Positions 50,320 through 62,930 of a stretch of DNA of 64,000 bases are shown one piece after another. A program made the position numbers and the translations under genes. Position 1 is the first letter of the stretch, and each line of letters starts with the position of its first letter. This DNA comes from Chiloscyllium plagiosum. Its lineage: Eukaryota. The DNA lies in contig NC_057718.1 in assembly GCF_004010195.1 (NCBI RefSeq), forward strand, positions 26,601,688 to 26,665,687, read 5' to 3'. The notes beneath the pieces were generated by a model, which saw only the letters and a list, made by a program, of their open reading frames with translations, had not been told where the DNA came from and did no database searches.

Positions 50320-52790
50320 TGGCTGAAATAAGAATTCTATAGACAAATGCACAGAGTGTAAGGAATAAATTAAATGAGCTGCAAGTACAAATTCAAATTG
50401 GAGATTATGATATAATTGTCATTACTGAGATATGGCTGCAGGATAGATGGGATTAGGAACTAAATATATCAGGTTATAATGTTTACAAGACGGAAGGGAA
50501 AATGGCAGAGGGGGTAGTGTAGCCTTACTGATTAGAAGCAAAATTATTTCAATGGTGATGGAGGATAAGATGGGGGGAAAGCATTTAGTGAAGATCATAT
50601 AGATGGAAATAAGGAACAGTAAGGAATTTAAAACTGCAATAGGTGCTGTGTATAGACCTCCTGGTAACAGCTCTGAAATGCTAGATTGTATAAATTCAGA
50701 AAGTAGGCAAGGGTGATGCAAAGCCAGAGTAGAATCAATGGGGGATTTTAACTTTAACATAGATTGGTAGAGGCAAACAAGCACTTGTCAGAAAGATAGT
50801 GAATTACTGGAGTGTGTTCAAGATAGTTTCCTACAGCAAGGGGACAAGCAATTTTAAAGTTAGTAACAAATAATGAGCCAGATTTAATTAGTAACTTCAT
50901 TGTACATGAACATTTATCAAATTATGATCATAACATGTTTAAGTTGATTATAGCTCTTGAAAGTAAAAAACATGCATCAGCTACTAGAGTTTTAGATTTA
51001 GGTAAGGTTGACTTTAACAAGATGGGACAGAGATTGTCCACTGTAAATGGGGAAAATCTGCCAATGGGTAAAACAACAGAAACATTAAACATAATATAAA
51101 TCCAGCTTATACTTCTGAAAGGGAAGAGGTCCAATTCACATAAAAGAACAGGTACGGAAACTAAAGAAATAAGGGACAGCGTAAAACTAAAACAGTTTAC
51201 AAAAATGCAAAAAAACAGCACCGATTCAGCTGAATGGGAAATATACAAATACCTGCAAAGGGCCACAAAGCAGTTTATAAAAGCTACTAAAACAAGATTA
51301 TGAAACAAAACTTGCCAGGAACATCAAAGTCAAGAAGAAATTTTCTATTTACATAAAGGGGAAGTGGGTGGTCAGGAGCAAAGTTGGCCTACTAAAGATT
51401 GAAAATGAAGATATTGTCAATAACTGTGAAAAAATGGCAGACATGTTGAATAATTACTTGGCCTCAGTATTTACAGTAGAAACGGAGGATAGTTTGCTGG
51501 ACATCCTAAAGAAATTAATAGTGGTTCAGAAACAAGGAATGATTAAAATTAGGGTAATTAAATATCAGTAATGATGAAGTTAATGGAATTAAAGAGTGAC
51601 AAGTCCCCAGGACCTGACACTTTCCATCTGAGGAATTAAAGAAAGTAGTGGAGTACATTGTTGATACCCTAACTATAATCTTTCAGAATTACCTCGAGAT
51701 AGGAGTTGTCCCCCTGGATTGGAAAATTGCATACGTCACTCTGCTTTCTAAGAAGGGCCAAAGAGGAAAACCAGGTAATTACAGACCAGTCAGCCTAACA
51801 CTTTTCTGGGGAAATTGTTGCAGTCTACAATCAAGGATGTAATAACTGAACACCTTGAAAATCTTCCATTAATTGGGGAAAGCCAGCAAGGATTCATGCC
51901 ATATAGATCATGTCTGACAAACTTCACTGAATTTTTTGAAGAGGTGATTAAGGTAGTGGACAGGTGAATATCTACAGATGTTAACATAAACTTTCAGAAG
52001 GCATTTGATAAAGTCCCATATAAGGGACTATTACCTCAGGTAGAAGTCCATGGAATTGAGGACAAATTACTGACATGGCCAGGAAATTGATTACGTGGCA
52101 AGTTACAGAAAGTGGGATATTTGGTAAGTACTCAAATTGGCTGGATATATCCAGTGGTGTTGTACAAGGGTCTGAATTGGGCCTCAATTATTCACATTAT
52201 TTATTCATGACTTGGATAATTGCATAGAAAGTCAAATATCCAAATTTGATGATGACACAAAGTTAGTGGCATTGTTGACAGTGTTGATGATAAAAATCAT
52301 AAAATCATTTAATTATAAAATTATATAGGCCATAAAATTGCAAAGGGGCACTGATAGACTAAGTGAATGGGAAAAACTGTGGCAGATGGAGTTCAATATT
52401 ATCCATTTTGGACAGAAAAGGACAGATCAGGAAACTTTCTAGATGATACAAAATAAATGCAGTGGATATCCAAAGAGACTTTGGGGTTTCGGTGCACAGA
52501 CATTTAAATTGTGATGAACAGGTGCAGAAAATAATTAAGAAAGTTAATGGAATGCTGGCTTTTGTATCTAGAGGACTGGAATACTAAGATACAGAAGTTA
52601 TGCTGCAGTTATACAAAACCCTGGTTAGATAATACTTGGAGTACTGTGAACAGATTCGGGTTTCACATCTTAGTAAGGAGATTTTAGCCTTAGAGGGAGT
52701 ACGATGCAGGTTTACAAGAATGGTACCTAGACTTCAGGGATTAAGTTATGAGGAAAGATTAGATAAATTAAGCTTTTATTCTCTGGAAGT
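50320..52790 (+). mobile_element. Older CR1 ORF2 (APE+RT), heavily disabled
   Basis: YDIIVITEIW, VYRPPG, MGDFNF, KSPGPD, PGNYRPVSL, FQKAFDKV and KFDDDTKL motifs. Confidence 0.88.
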
Positions 52791-53479
52791 TGGATGGATA
52801 ATAACATTTCTGTCGTTGCTACTCATTTAAAGAACAGAAGTACAACCTGACCAGAGGATTACAGACAGAGTGTGTCTCTGTACCAACGGTATCTCATTTC
52901 CAGAATGGCACTAAAACGAAATCTACCTCCATGTCCTCTGTTGCAATTGAACATATGACCATGAGCAGAAGCCATCGCATCAGCAATGTTACTTTGTGGA
53001 TCACATGGGTACTTTTGATATGCATAATGCTGAACTGTGAAGCAATAAAACATTGAAGATTTGTCATTCTCAAGCTGACTTGTGTGTTTCAATTTCACCA
53101 TGGCTAGAAACAGGAGAATGGGAAGTACCAAAGCAATCAATGTTCTCGGAAAACGAGTGTTAGATGTGCTCTTCTGGAGCCTTGGGGAGTTTATGTCATT
53201 GGAAGGTTGTTGACTTGTGCTACAAACTGAAGTCTACTCTTATTTAGAAGAAGAGAACTCTGTTCTCCAAATGACCTACAGACTGAGCCTCTTGTAAATT
53301 AAACATATCTCCTTCAGAGAGGACATGTTGTCAATGTCATTCCAATGAGCGCACTATCTCTTAAGCATGCCACAGCTGTTACCTCACACAACAAGGGGAT
53401 GGCCCTCCTGTTTCTCTTTTAGTTTTCTCCTCAAACTTGACTTATCCCTTTTTGAGTAGCTATGTTGTTCCAGTGCTTC

Positions 53480-54250
53480 TCTCTCCTCAAGATTGCAACC
53501 TCGCTAAAGGGTCATGACACTTGAGGAACTGTATTGGAGGATGCCACCCAACCTGCCAAAACGCCTGAGCCTTAAGAGTACGAAGCTGGTGCCTTGCTCT
53601 GTGATGATCCTTGTGCTCAGGCAGCATCAGTTGGTGTCTGAACCTCTGGCAGGGTCATTAACTCCCCTTACAAAGGGTAAGCCTTATTAGCTAACAGTCA
53701 ACACAAATCTCCACAGCTTTATGAAGAGATACCACATCTGCGAGTGCTGGGGTAAAGGTATAATAGCAACATCCAGGAAAGCATATTGGCATGAAATCTT
53801 TCCTGTAATCACTCAGCAGCTTGATGTTTAGGAATCAAATCTTTACTTTTGAAGTATTTCCCTGGCTGGTCAATTGTTGTCTTGTTCATGGATAAAAACA
53901 ATGATCACTGTACTTTACAACGGTAAATCCTGCATCATTTTTAACTTGAATGCCCCAATACACCTTGAATTCATGCCTTCTTGAAAGCAGTATACCTTAC
54001 CTCCATCTCACAAATGATGGTGCTACTGCCTGCAAGGTGCCAATAATATCTGATACCTGGAAAGCGCTAGTTGGAAGAAAGTGCAAGGCCACTTTGACTT
54101 ATGCAGCCACAGGAAGATCATGGCAACAGTTTCTAGGAACCTTCAGATGTCTGTCAATGAGGGTACTTAGGTAAGCAACCAAGTGCCTGGACTGGCACAG
54201 CAATCTGTAGCCCTGAGGCTCTGAAATGAGAGGGTATCTTCTGTTTGAGG
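53480..54250 (-). mobile_element. PIF/Harbinger DDE transposase fossil (second, distinct copy)
   Basis: Broken frames give HDLPVAA*VKVALHFLPTSAFQ, LNIKLLSDYRK...FPGCCYYTF, LLANKAYPL*GELMT and TRIITEQG...RFGRLGGILQYSS. These are collinear with LPVAVKVTVALNF..SGSFQ, LNVQLVCD, YPGSxHD, GDKGYPL..WLMTP and RFRCLDRSGGALQY. Confidence 0.7.
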
Positions 54251-55331
54251 CTGAGGTTTTTGCTTCAATTAACTTCCTGCTGTGTGTTCCTCACACCAGC
54301 ACCTCTGCTACCTAGAACCTCTGACACAGATATTGTTCCTTAGCAAACTCAGAATATCTTGATCCCTTTTTCTCTTGTGTCCTTTTTTTAACCAGAATGT
54401 ACAGTCTTCTAGTCTTATGAGCCTGGGACACGTAAATAGAAAGACCTATCTGACATTAGCCATAATGCACTCAACCCCCACAAAATGCCTTTAATAAGAG
54501 TGCAGAGATAGAAAAGGTGATATTTTTCACTCAGAACAACTGAATGCCTGCAAATATAGGGTCATCTCCGAGTCTTCATTTGTCAACAACTTGCAGGATG
54601 CTGCTCCTTCAAAAGGAAAGTCAAAACTGGAGTTTAATAAGCTGACAAACTTGTTAAGAAGCTTAAATAGCCATTTAAATAGTTCAGGTGGGTTACCTCT
54701 TCTAGTGCTTGTTATAGTCTTTTAAACTTTGAAATGCTGGTTTCACATTGGGAAATCAACACACTAATCTGAAAAGCACATACAGGGGACCTCCAACCCT
54801 TCCTTCCTGCCCTCTAAGTCTAATAAAAATCCAACTTTTACTCTGCCCATGTGCAATGGATGTCTGTGGTGCTCAGTCTCAGCTGAACAGATATTTAGCA
54901 GCACAAGGAACTGTCATTTAAAGAGCCAGACATCCAACTTGCAAGTGAAGTGTTTTTGAATTACTTTTGCTTTTGCACTGATTTATGGTGTTGAGAAGAT
55001 TGAGCAAGCACATAGACAGTTAAAAGAAACAATAGTTAAAAAATCCAATTCTTCTGGAACAAAGCAGCTGCACTTTCTCAGCACAAAGCTTCACACAATA
55101 AGAGCACAAAGCAAGCGTTGTATTCAGATATGGAAGTGATTGAATCCTACAGTTTCCTTCCATAAAAGAATTACATATGACATCAAACAGACATCCAAAG
55201 ACTTGGTGACATGGTTAAAATGTTCTGCCTTAGACAGCAACTAGCTCGTCATTTAAAAAGATAGAAAAGAAAGTATTCCTAATTGATGTAATCTGTCATG
55301 GTATTAAGAAATTTCCAACATTGATTGTTAC

Positions 55332-55407
55332 CTGTTTGAAGCATTCTTTCCTTTAATCTCCCTTGGTGATGGAAGGGCAGATGGTGTGCTAAAACTTCGA
55401 TGGAAAC
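55332..55407 (-). CDS. CLIP4: CLIP4 penultimate coding exon (76 bp)
   Basis: Minus strand reads TTTTCTTTCTGTTTAG|GT TTC CAT CGA AGT TTT AGC ACA...AAT GCT TCA AAC AG|GTAACA, i.e. (G)FHRSFSTPSALPSPREIKGKNASN(R). This resembles CLIP4 GFRRSFSTTSASSQKEINRRNAFSK as I recall it. Ends phase 2, matching the acceptor at 16648. Confidence 0.88.
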
Positions 55408-55984
55408 CTAAACAGAAAGAAAATTCTTGTTTGATAACAAATGTTTTTAAATGCAAGATAAACCAGAATAAAATAATTTAATCAACAAATATAAACATTA
55501 GACTATATAATAAGGACAAATTAAACAATGCCCTCAAAAATGTAAACAGAGACCTTAGTCAACAGAAGGATGACATTTGGGTTTTGGTAACCATGTTATA
55601 GCAACTTAGTTTGTCCCTCTCTCCCACTATTTCCCCAGATCTAAACAATTTTTTTTCCTTCCAGTGCTTATTCAATTCCCATTTTATCACCTCCACCACA
55701 TCCTCAAGTACAACGCCACTTCTCTAATCCATCTGTATAACTGAGGTCCACCATAACTGGAAACATTCTTCTGGACTCTTTCTAAAGCCTTCCTTTCTAA
55801 AGTAGAGTGCACAGGATTGGATACAACAGTCCAATTAACGATCATAACTTTGTCAGTTTTGTACTGTATGTGACTTTCTTTTTTCTCAAAATCAGTTGGA
55901 CCTTTATTGCCAATTTAAAAACACTTACACAGGAAATGGAATCTGTATATAATGGGTGCATACACCTGAAAGCACATATAGGAG

Positions 55985-56730
55985 CAAATGACGCAGATCC
56001 TGGAATCAGTATTGAAAACAAAAAATGCTAGAAATCACAGCAGGTCAGATCAGGAGAGACAGCAAACTAATGTTTCGAGCCTGGATTATTGCATTCACCT
56101 ATTTGTCTATTGTATTTGCTGCACCTAATGAAGCCTACTCTGCATTGGAGGAACCAAACGGGGACTGAGTGAGGGCTTTGCAAAACACTTCCAATCCACG
56201 CGCATGACCCCACTTTCCCATTGCTGGTCATTTTAACACAGCATCCTGCTCACACGTTCACTGGTCTGTGCTCGGCATGCTGCAATGTTCCAGTGAATCA
56301 TAACGCAAATTGGAAGAATAACATCTCATCTTCAGATGAGGCACTTTATAACCTTCTGGACTTAATATTAAGTTCAACACCTTCAGATTGTGAACTCACT
56401 CCCATTTCATCCTTTCCTTTAGGTTTACTTGTTATACTCTCTGTCAATGTGTCCTCTCTAGCCTCCCCCCACTCCAGTGGGATCATCTGTCCTTTCCTCT
56501 TTGGCAGTTTGAAACACCATTGTTCTGCCATTCTCACATTCTGATCATTTAATCTGCACTATCAGTGCCTTTTCTCCCCTGAACTCCACCCCCCAACGCC
56601 ACTATTGCATAAATGCTGTCCCCTCCACACATCACATCAGCTCTGATGAAGAGTCATCTAGACTCAAAATGTTAGCTTGCTCTGGCTCCGCAGATGCTGC
56701 CTGACCCGCTGTGATTTCCAGCATTTTTTT
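55985..56730 (+). mobile_element. Decayed Penelope-like element (GIY-YIG remnant, inverted terminal piece)
   Basis: VYCICCT...LLCIGGTKRGLSEGFAKH remnant. Terminus AGCTCTGATGAAGAGTCATCTAGACTC...CAGATGCTGCCTGACCCGCTGTGATTTCCAGCA, with its reverse at ~56015-56085. Confidence 0.7.
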
Positions 56731-56859
56731 AAAAACACATGTGCAGCCATTAAAGGACTGTTTAGCCTTAAATCCTCAACAGCAGATTGGGAGGATAAAT
56801 TGCTAAGAGAGGAACAATTCATCACATTAACTTACTTCTACATAAACTTTACTATGTTT

Positions 56860-57350
56860 TCCCATATCCTTTCAAGGGACATAAGCCTTACTGGCCAAAC
56901 CAGTATTCCTAACTAGCTTTGAGAACATGATACCTTGAACTACCTTCTTGAACAGTTGTAGCCCATCTACAGTGCTATTAGGAATGGTGTTCCAAATTAT
57001 TTACCCAGCAACAATAAAGGAACAGTAATATAGTTCAAAGTAAGGATGATGTTTGGTTTGGAGGGAAACTTACAGGTGGTGGCACTCCCAAGTGACTTCT
57101 GCTTGGGACTTCTAGTTGGTACAGGTTAGGGTTTTGGATGGTTTTGTAAAAAATGGTTTAGCAAGTTGCTGCATTGCATTTAAGCTGGTTCATGTTGTTG
57201 ATCTTATGTATCAGTGATAAAAGGAATAAGTGTGTAAGTTCATCAATTAGGCACTGATGAAGTAAGCTACGTTGTCCGAATGGTGTTGAGCTTCTTGAGT
57301 GTTTTGCAGCTGCACTTATCATGCAAATGAAATATATTCCAACACAGGTT
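56860..57350 (-). mobile_element. Decayed 3' region of the tRNA-headed LINE family
   Basis: CTGGCCAAACCAGTATTCCTAACTAGCTTTGAG tail (reverse) and ATGGTGTTGAGCTTCTTGAGTGTT matching the reverse of 45880-45900. Confidence 0.55.
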
Positions 57351-57445
57351 ATGGGAAAATCAGGAAATAAGTTGCATGTTTGAGGATTCCCAGCTGCAGA
57401 CCTACCTATGTAGCTACAGTATTCATGTGGCTGATCCAATTATGT

Positions 57446-58083
57446 CCAATAATTGCAAAACCTGCACCTCCTCCCTCACCTCCATCCAAGGCCCCAAAGG
57501 AGCCTTCCACATCCATCAAAGTTTTACCTGCACATCCACCAATATCATTTATTGTATCCGTTGCTCCCGATGTGGTCTCCTCTACATTGGGGAGACTGGA
57601 CGTCTCCTAGCTGAGCGCTTTAGGGAACATCTCCGGGACACCCGCACCAATCAACCCCACCGCCCTATGGCCTAACATTTCAACTCCCCCTCCCACTCTG
57701 CCGAGGACATGCAGGTCCTGGGCCTCCTCCACCACCGCTTCCTCACCACCCAATGCCTGGAGGAAGAACGCCTCATCTTCCGCCTCAGAACACTCCAACC
57801 CCATGGCATCGATGTAGATTTCACCAGTTTCCTCATTTCCCCTCCCCTTACCTTACCCCAGCTCCAACCTTAGAGCTCAGCACTGCCCTCATGACCTGTC
57901 CTACCTGCCTATTCATTTATCTCTTCACTCTGCAGGTACCCTGCCTCTATTCCAGATGAAGGGTTTTTGCCCGAAACGTCGATTTCCCTGCTCCTCGGAT
58001 GCAGACTGACCTGCTGTGCTTTTCCAGTACCACTCTAATCTAGACTCTGGTTTCCAGCATCTGCAGTCCTTGTTTTTACCTAC
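57446..58083 (+). mobile_element. Penelope-like element 3' part with GIY-YIG endonuclease and 15-bp TSD
   Basis: FTCTSTNIIYCIRCSRCGLLYIGETGRLLAERFREHLRD...LEEERLIFRLRTLQPHGIDVDF. CTGATCCAATTATGT at 57431-57445 and 58084-58098. Confidence 0.92.
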
Positions 58084-58214
58084 CTGATCCAATTATGTTT
58101 CTGTCAGAGTTAACCCTCAGGATAGAAAGTTTATAGCCAGAGATTCAATTATAATTATGTCCTTGATCAGCAAGGGAAGATGGTTAGGTTCTCTTGTGTT
58201 TGAGACATTCTGTT

Positions 58215-59775
58215 TTTAAAAATTCATACACAGGATGTGGGCATTACTATTTAGGCCAACATTTATTGCCCATGCCTGACTACCTAGTAGATGTTGATTA
58301 GCTGCTTCCTTGAATAGCTGCAGTTACTGGAGTGCAGTGACACCAACTGTGCTGTTGGGTATGGAGTCCCACCATTCATGATTGAATGGGTTCGGACTGC
58401 GAAGTTTCAATTTGATCCATTTACTGTGGGATTGTTCAGCACTGTCTGTTGCATACTACTTCCATTGTTTGGCACGCTAGTAGCCATGTGCAATAGGTTG
58501 ATAACTTATTGCTAGATATGCCTTGTGAGCTTCTGGCATACCCTCCAGTTGACTTCATTGAACCAAAGTTGCTAGTAATGGTAGAATGGAGAGTGTGCCA
58601 GACCATAGCACTACAAATTGTGGTTTCATATGATTCTGCTGCTACTCGCTATAATGATAATGCAATGGTCAATCCTAATGATACTGTCATGGACAGACGC
58701 ACCTGTGATAGGTAGATTGGTGAGGATGAGGTCAAATAGATTAGTTTTTCTTGTTAGTTCCTTCATCACCTTCCACAGATCCAATCTAGTAGTAATGTCA
58801 TTTAGGACTCTATAAGCTTGGTCAATAGTGATACTACTGAGAGAAAGTGAGGACTGCAGATGCTTGAGATCAGAGTCGAAAAGTGTGATACTGGAAAAGC
58901 ACAGCAGGTCAGGCAGCATCCAAAGAGCAGGAGAATCGACGTTAAATGTTAGGCAACTACTGGGCCATTCTTGATGGGGGAATTCAAGTCATAGAGTCAT
59001 AGAAGTATACAACACAGAAACAGACCCTTCGGTCCAACTTGTCCATGCCGACCAGATTACCCAACCTGATCTAGTCCCACCTGCCAGCACCCAGCCCATA
59101 TCCCTCCAAACCCTTCCTATTATTATACCCATCCAGATGCCTTTTAAATGCTGCAATTGTACTAGCCTCCACCATTTCCTCTAGCAGCTTATTCCATACA
59201 CATACCACCCTCTGCGTGAAAAAGGGTGATCCTTCACCTAGAGTGCATTCTATGCCCTTGCTCAGTGCTTCAACCAAGTGTTGTTTGACATGGAGGAATA
59301 CTGATCAATAGCTACGGTTAGGGGACAATAGGTAGACCTCAGCATGAAGTTTCCTTACCCATGTCAGATTTAACATCAGAGACTTCATAGGTTCTGGTGT
59401 CAATGTTGAAGATTCTCAGGAATTTACCTCTTGACTGTAAACCACATGCTGCTGCCACTGATGGGCCTGTCCTATGGAGGGACAGGGCACACCCAGAGAT
59501 AGTATGGTGGTGTCTGTGTTATAGTCATATTCATGGAATCATACTTTATAGACAATGTCAAGTGATTGTTTGACTACTCTGTGGGGCTTCTCTTTCCATT
59601 TTGTTACAAGCCCCATTGTCCTGGTATGGAGGTTTATTCAGAGTATCAAGACTGTATTTGGCATTGTCATTTCTGGAACCTAGGGTAGATATTGGGTGAT
59701 CCGTCTGATGTCATTCTTTTGTTTAGGGTGCATTGTAGTTTGGTGCAACTGAGTGGATTGCTAGGCCATTTCTGT
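58215..59775 (-). mobile_element. Internally deleted copy of the tRNA-headed LINE, with nested Penelope end (~58840-58943) and CR1 3' end (~58988-59223)
   Basis: Reverse tail CATTTATTGCCCATGCC near 58260; APE motif LTRKTNLFDLILTNLP. 59741-59772 is the reverse of GAAATGGCTTAGCAAGCCATTCTGTTG (42926 onward). Confidence 0.65.
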
Positions 59776-59904
59776 TTGGCTATTGGTTGGTTGGGGCACA
59801 CTTAATTCTGGATTACATCTTTATACTTCAGCTAGGTTTTGTCAAAGATCATAGTTTTTGTTTCATCCAGTGTTGTTGGGGATCTCAGGAGGAGGTACAG
59901 ATAG

Positions 59905-60500
59905 ATCAAATAAAAGCAAAATAGTGCAGATGCTGGAAAGGTGAAACAAACTGAGAGTATCGAAGAAATTCAGTGAGTCCGGCAGCATCCATGTAGAAAG
60001 GAAGGGAGCTAATGCTTTGACTCTTCTTCAGAACTTAAAGGTTTTAGAAAATGTTTTTTTCTCTATACTTTTTACAGATGTAGAGATGGGGCAAAAGACA
60101 CAAATGGTGTAGAGACCGAGTGTAAAAAAAAACAGATGGGTGCTAACAAACTAAGGTATGAAGGGGATAGAAAGGGTCCTTTCCTCTAAGAGCGAAGTAA
60201 ACAAGACATGTATGTGTGTGTGAATCAAAAATAGAAATTGCTGGCAAAACTCAGCAGGTCTGGCAGCATCTGTGGGGAGAAAGCAGAATTAACGTTTTGA
60301 GTCCAGTTATTTTATTTGGAATGTTAACTCTGCTTTCTCTTCACAGAGTCAAGATTAGAGTGGTGCTGGAAAAGCACAGTAGGTCAGGCAGCATCCGAGG
60401 AGCAGGAAAATTGATGTTTCAGGCAAAAGCCCTTCATCAGGAATGGGCTCTTCACAGATGCTGTCAGAGCTGCTAGGTTTTTCCAAGAATTTGTATTCTT
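59905..60500. mobile_element. Cluster of nested Penelope-like terminal fragments
   Basis: GCAGATGCTGGAA, CAGCAGGTCTGGCAGCATCTGTGG and GTGGTGCTGGAAAAGCACAG...GCCCTTCATCAGGAAT. Confidence 0.65.
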
Positions 60501-60506
60501 GCTTCA

Positions 60507-60825
60507 GGGGTGGCATGGTGGCTCAGTGGTTAGAACTGCAGCCTCACATTTCCAGGGACCTGGATTCAATTCCAGCCTTGGGCAACTGTCTGTGTGGAGT
60601 TTGCACATTCTCCCTGTGTCTGAGTGGGTTTCCTCTGGGTGCTCCAGTTTCCTCCCACAGTCCAAAGATGTGCAGGTCAGGTGAACTGGCCATGCTAAAT
60701 TGCCCATAGTGTTAGGTGCAACAGTCAGAGGGTAATGGGTCTGGGTGGGTTAACCTTCAGAGGGTTGGTGTGGACTTGTTGGGCTGAAGGGCCTGTTTCC
60801 ACACAGAAAGGAATCTAATCTAATC
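60507..60825 (+). mobile_element. V-SINE (HE1-like)
   Basis: A box TGGCTCAGTGG, V-domain and (TAATC)n tail. Confidence 0.9.
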
Positions 60826-61344
60826 TTCTCCAGCATCTACTGTTCTTGGTTTTATTTAATTGTTATTTATGTGTATCTGTTTGTGCATGTGGGTTTGGGG
60901 GTGTGTGTGGGCATGGTGGGGAGGGAACAAAAGAATGAAAGGAAAATGGAAAACAAACATAATGTGGTCCATTTCCAAAGTTATAGAATTCAATCTTGAA
61001 AAAAACATTTTTGAATACCTTCCAGTTCTAAAGAATAGTAATTCCAGATTAACTTTGTTTTGTAACATTAAGTTTGTCTCTCTCTCTCTCTCCACAGGTG
61101 TTGCCAGCCCTCCTGAGTTTCTCCAGCATTCCCTGTGCTTGTTAGTGAAGATAGATCATCCCCTTGGCACTTCAGATTGAAGGTTATTGTAAATGCCTCA
61201 GGCTTCTCTTTTGCTTTCCATCATTACAGTTGGGGCACTTCCTCTTCCAATTAGTTTCAATTGTTTGCCACCATTCATGACTGGATGTGCCAGTTCAGCA
61301 GAGGTTTGATCTTGTCTATTGGTTGTGGAATCACTTGTTGGGGG

Positions 61345-61703
61345 GTGGTGGGGCCTAGTGGTATTATCGCTGGACTGTTAATCCAGAGACTCAGGTAATG
61401 TTATGAGACCTAGATTCGAAGCCTGCCATGACAGATGATGGAATTTGAATTCAATAAAATTCTGGAAATATGTGTCGATGATGGCCAGGAAACTAGGGCT
61501 GATTGTTGGGAAAAAAAACATCTGGTTCACTACTATCCTTTAAGGAAGGAAACTGCCATCCTTAACTGGTCTGACCTATACATGACTACAGACCCACAGA
61601 AATGTGGTTGACTCTTAACTGGCCTCTGGGTAATTATGGATGGGCAATAAATGCTGGCCTAGCCAGGGATGCCCTTCTCTTGTGAATGAATAATAATAAA
61701 AAA
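61345..61703 (+). mobile_element. Short tRNA-headed SINE sharing both ends with the LINE at 42676-47850
   Basis: GGCCTAGTGGTATTATCGCTGGAC head, GATTCGAAGCC B box, core ...GACCCACAGAAATGTGGTTGACTCTTAACTGGCCTCTG, then GGTAATTATGGATGGGCAATAAATGCTGGCCTAGCCAG...AATGAATAATAATAAAAAA. Confidence 0.85.
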
Positions 61704-62930
61704 CTTAGTTTTGACTTTTATATGCTGTTTCCTCTGTTACCATGTATGAAACCTTGTGTTCTAGCTTTACCATGTCTCAGCAATTCTACTGAATTATGTT
61801 TGCATAGACACCACCTGTGATCAGAAGCCAGCATGGATTCATTGAATCAGATCTCCAAGCTCTGCTCAATAAGGTTAAAGGAAGAGCTGGGTCTGGATGC
61901 CATCAAACTGTTCAGTGTTGGATAATTTGTGCTTCCTGGAAACAGGTGGCACTAGGACTAGGATTAAAATGCTGGGAAAAAAATTGAATGATGCCACCAG
62001 AGCTGAAAGCATAACGTAAGAGATGGTGTCTCTTTTACTTCTTGTCCAAAGTGGTTTGAAATACACTTCATTCTCTTAAAGCCACAAAGTGATGATTAGA
62101 CTTTCACACTGCACTTTCACTCTAACTTGGTGCCTTACACTATGGTTATCCAGCCTGCCTCCCAGCAATTTCTTACATGTACCATCCAAAAATATCATAT
62201 TTAACAGCAGGCTCAGATAAGTTCATAGCTAAAATAGCAATCAGGTTCCCATTCATGACAGAGTTCAAATTCTGAAAGCTCAATTTTTATTCTTACAAGA
62301 ACCATTATCTGAGCATCTCCCTTTTGCAAATGCTTCAAAAAGCTCTTCTGCTATAATTTTGGTCCCTGTATTTGGACATCCCTTTGATGTTATACTTCCA
62401 AATAAATGCTTTGAGACGTTACTTTATGTGAGTAATATTATATAGATTGAAGTTTTCTGGCTCTCATTATAAAAATAAACAAGAAAAGTCATTATAATTA
62501 AAGTTCAGAGTGAACATGAAGTATTACTAAACAAATTAAAGAAAAAAAATTCAAAGTTTAATTTAAATATAACATTTCCATCACAGCTAACTCCTTTACT
62601 TCAAATAAACTCAAGGCATTTTTCTCAACATTCTTCCATTATTTGGCCATGTAGTCTACTGTTACGAATACCTAATGGGCTCTAACAATGCAATAAATCA
62701 TTGTCAATTTGGCTCAGTCACAAAAATGCATCAAATAGAAAAATAGGCTATCCTTTCAAACATCAACCTGTGAAGTGAATGCTGATGAGGAAGCCTGTGC
62801 ATTTCTTCCCCACTGGGAAATGGTCTAAACATGGGAAGGAATGAAAAGAATACAAAGACATGTCAACAATAGCCAAAAAGGCAGGCAATATAATACAAAG
62901 AAGAACACCGAATTGCTAACTAATTAAATA

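Noticed and set aside
5805..61420. tRNA genes at A/B-box sites
   Set aside because: All are SINE or LINE heads continuing into repeat bodies; no complete cloverleaf with a terminator was seen.
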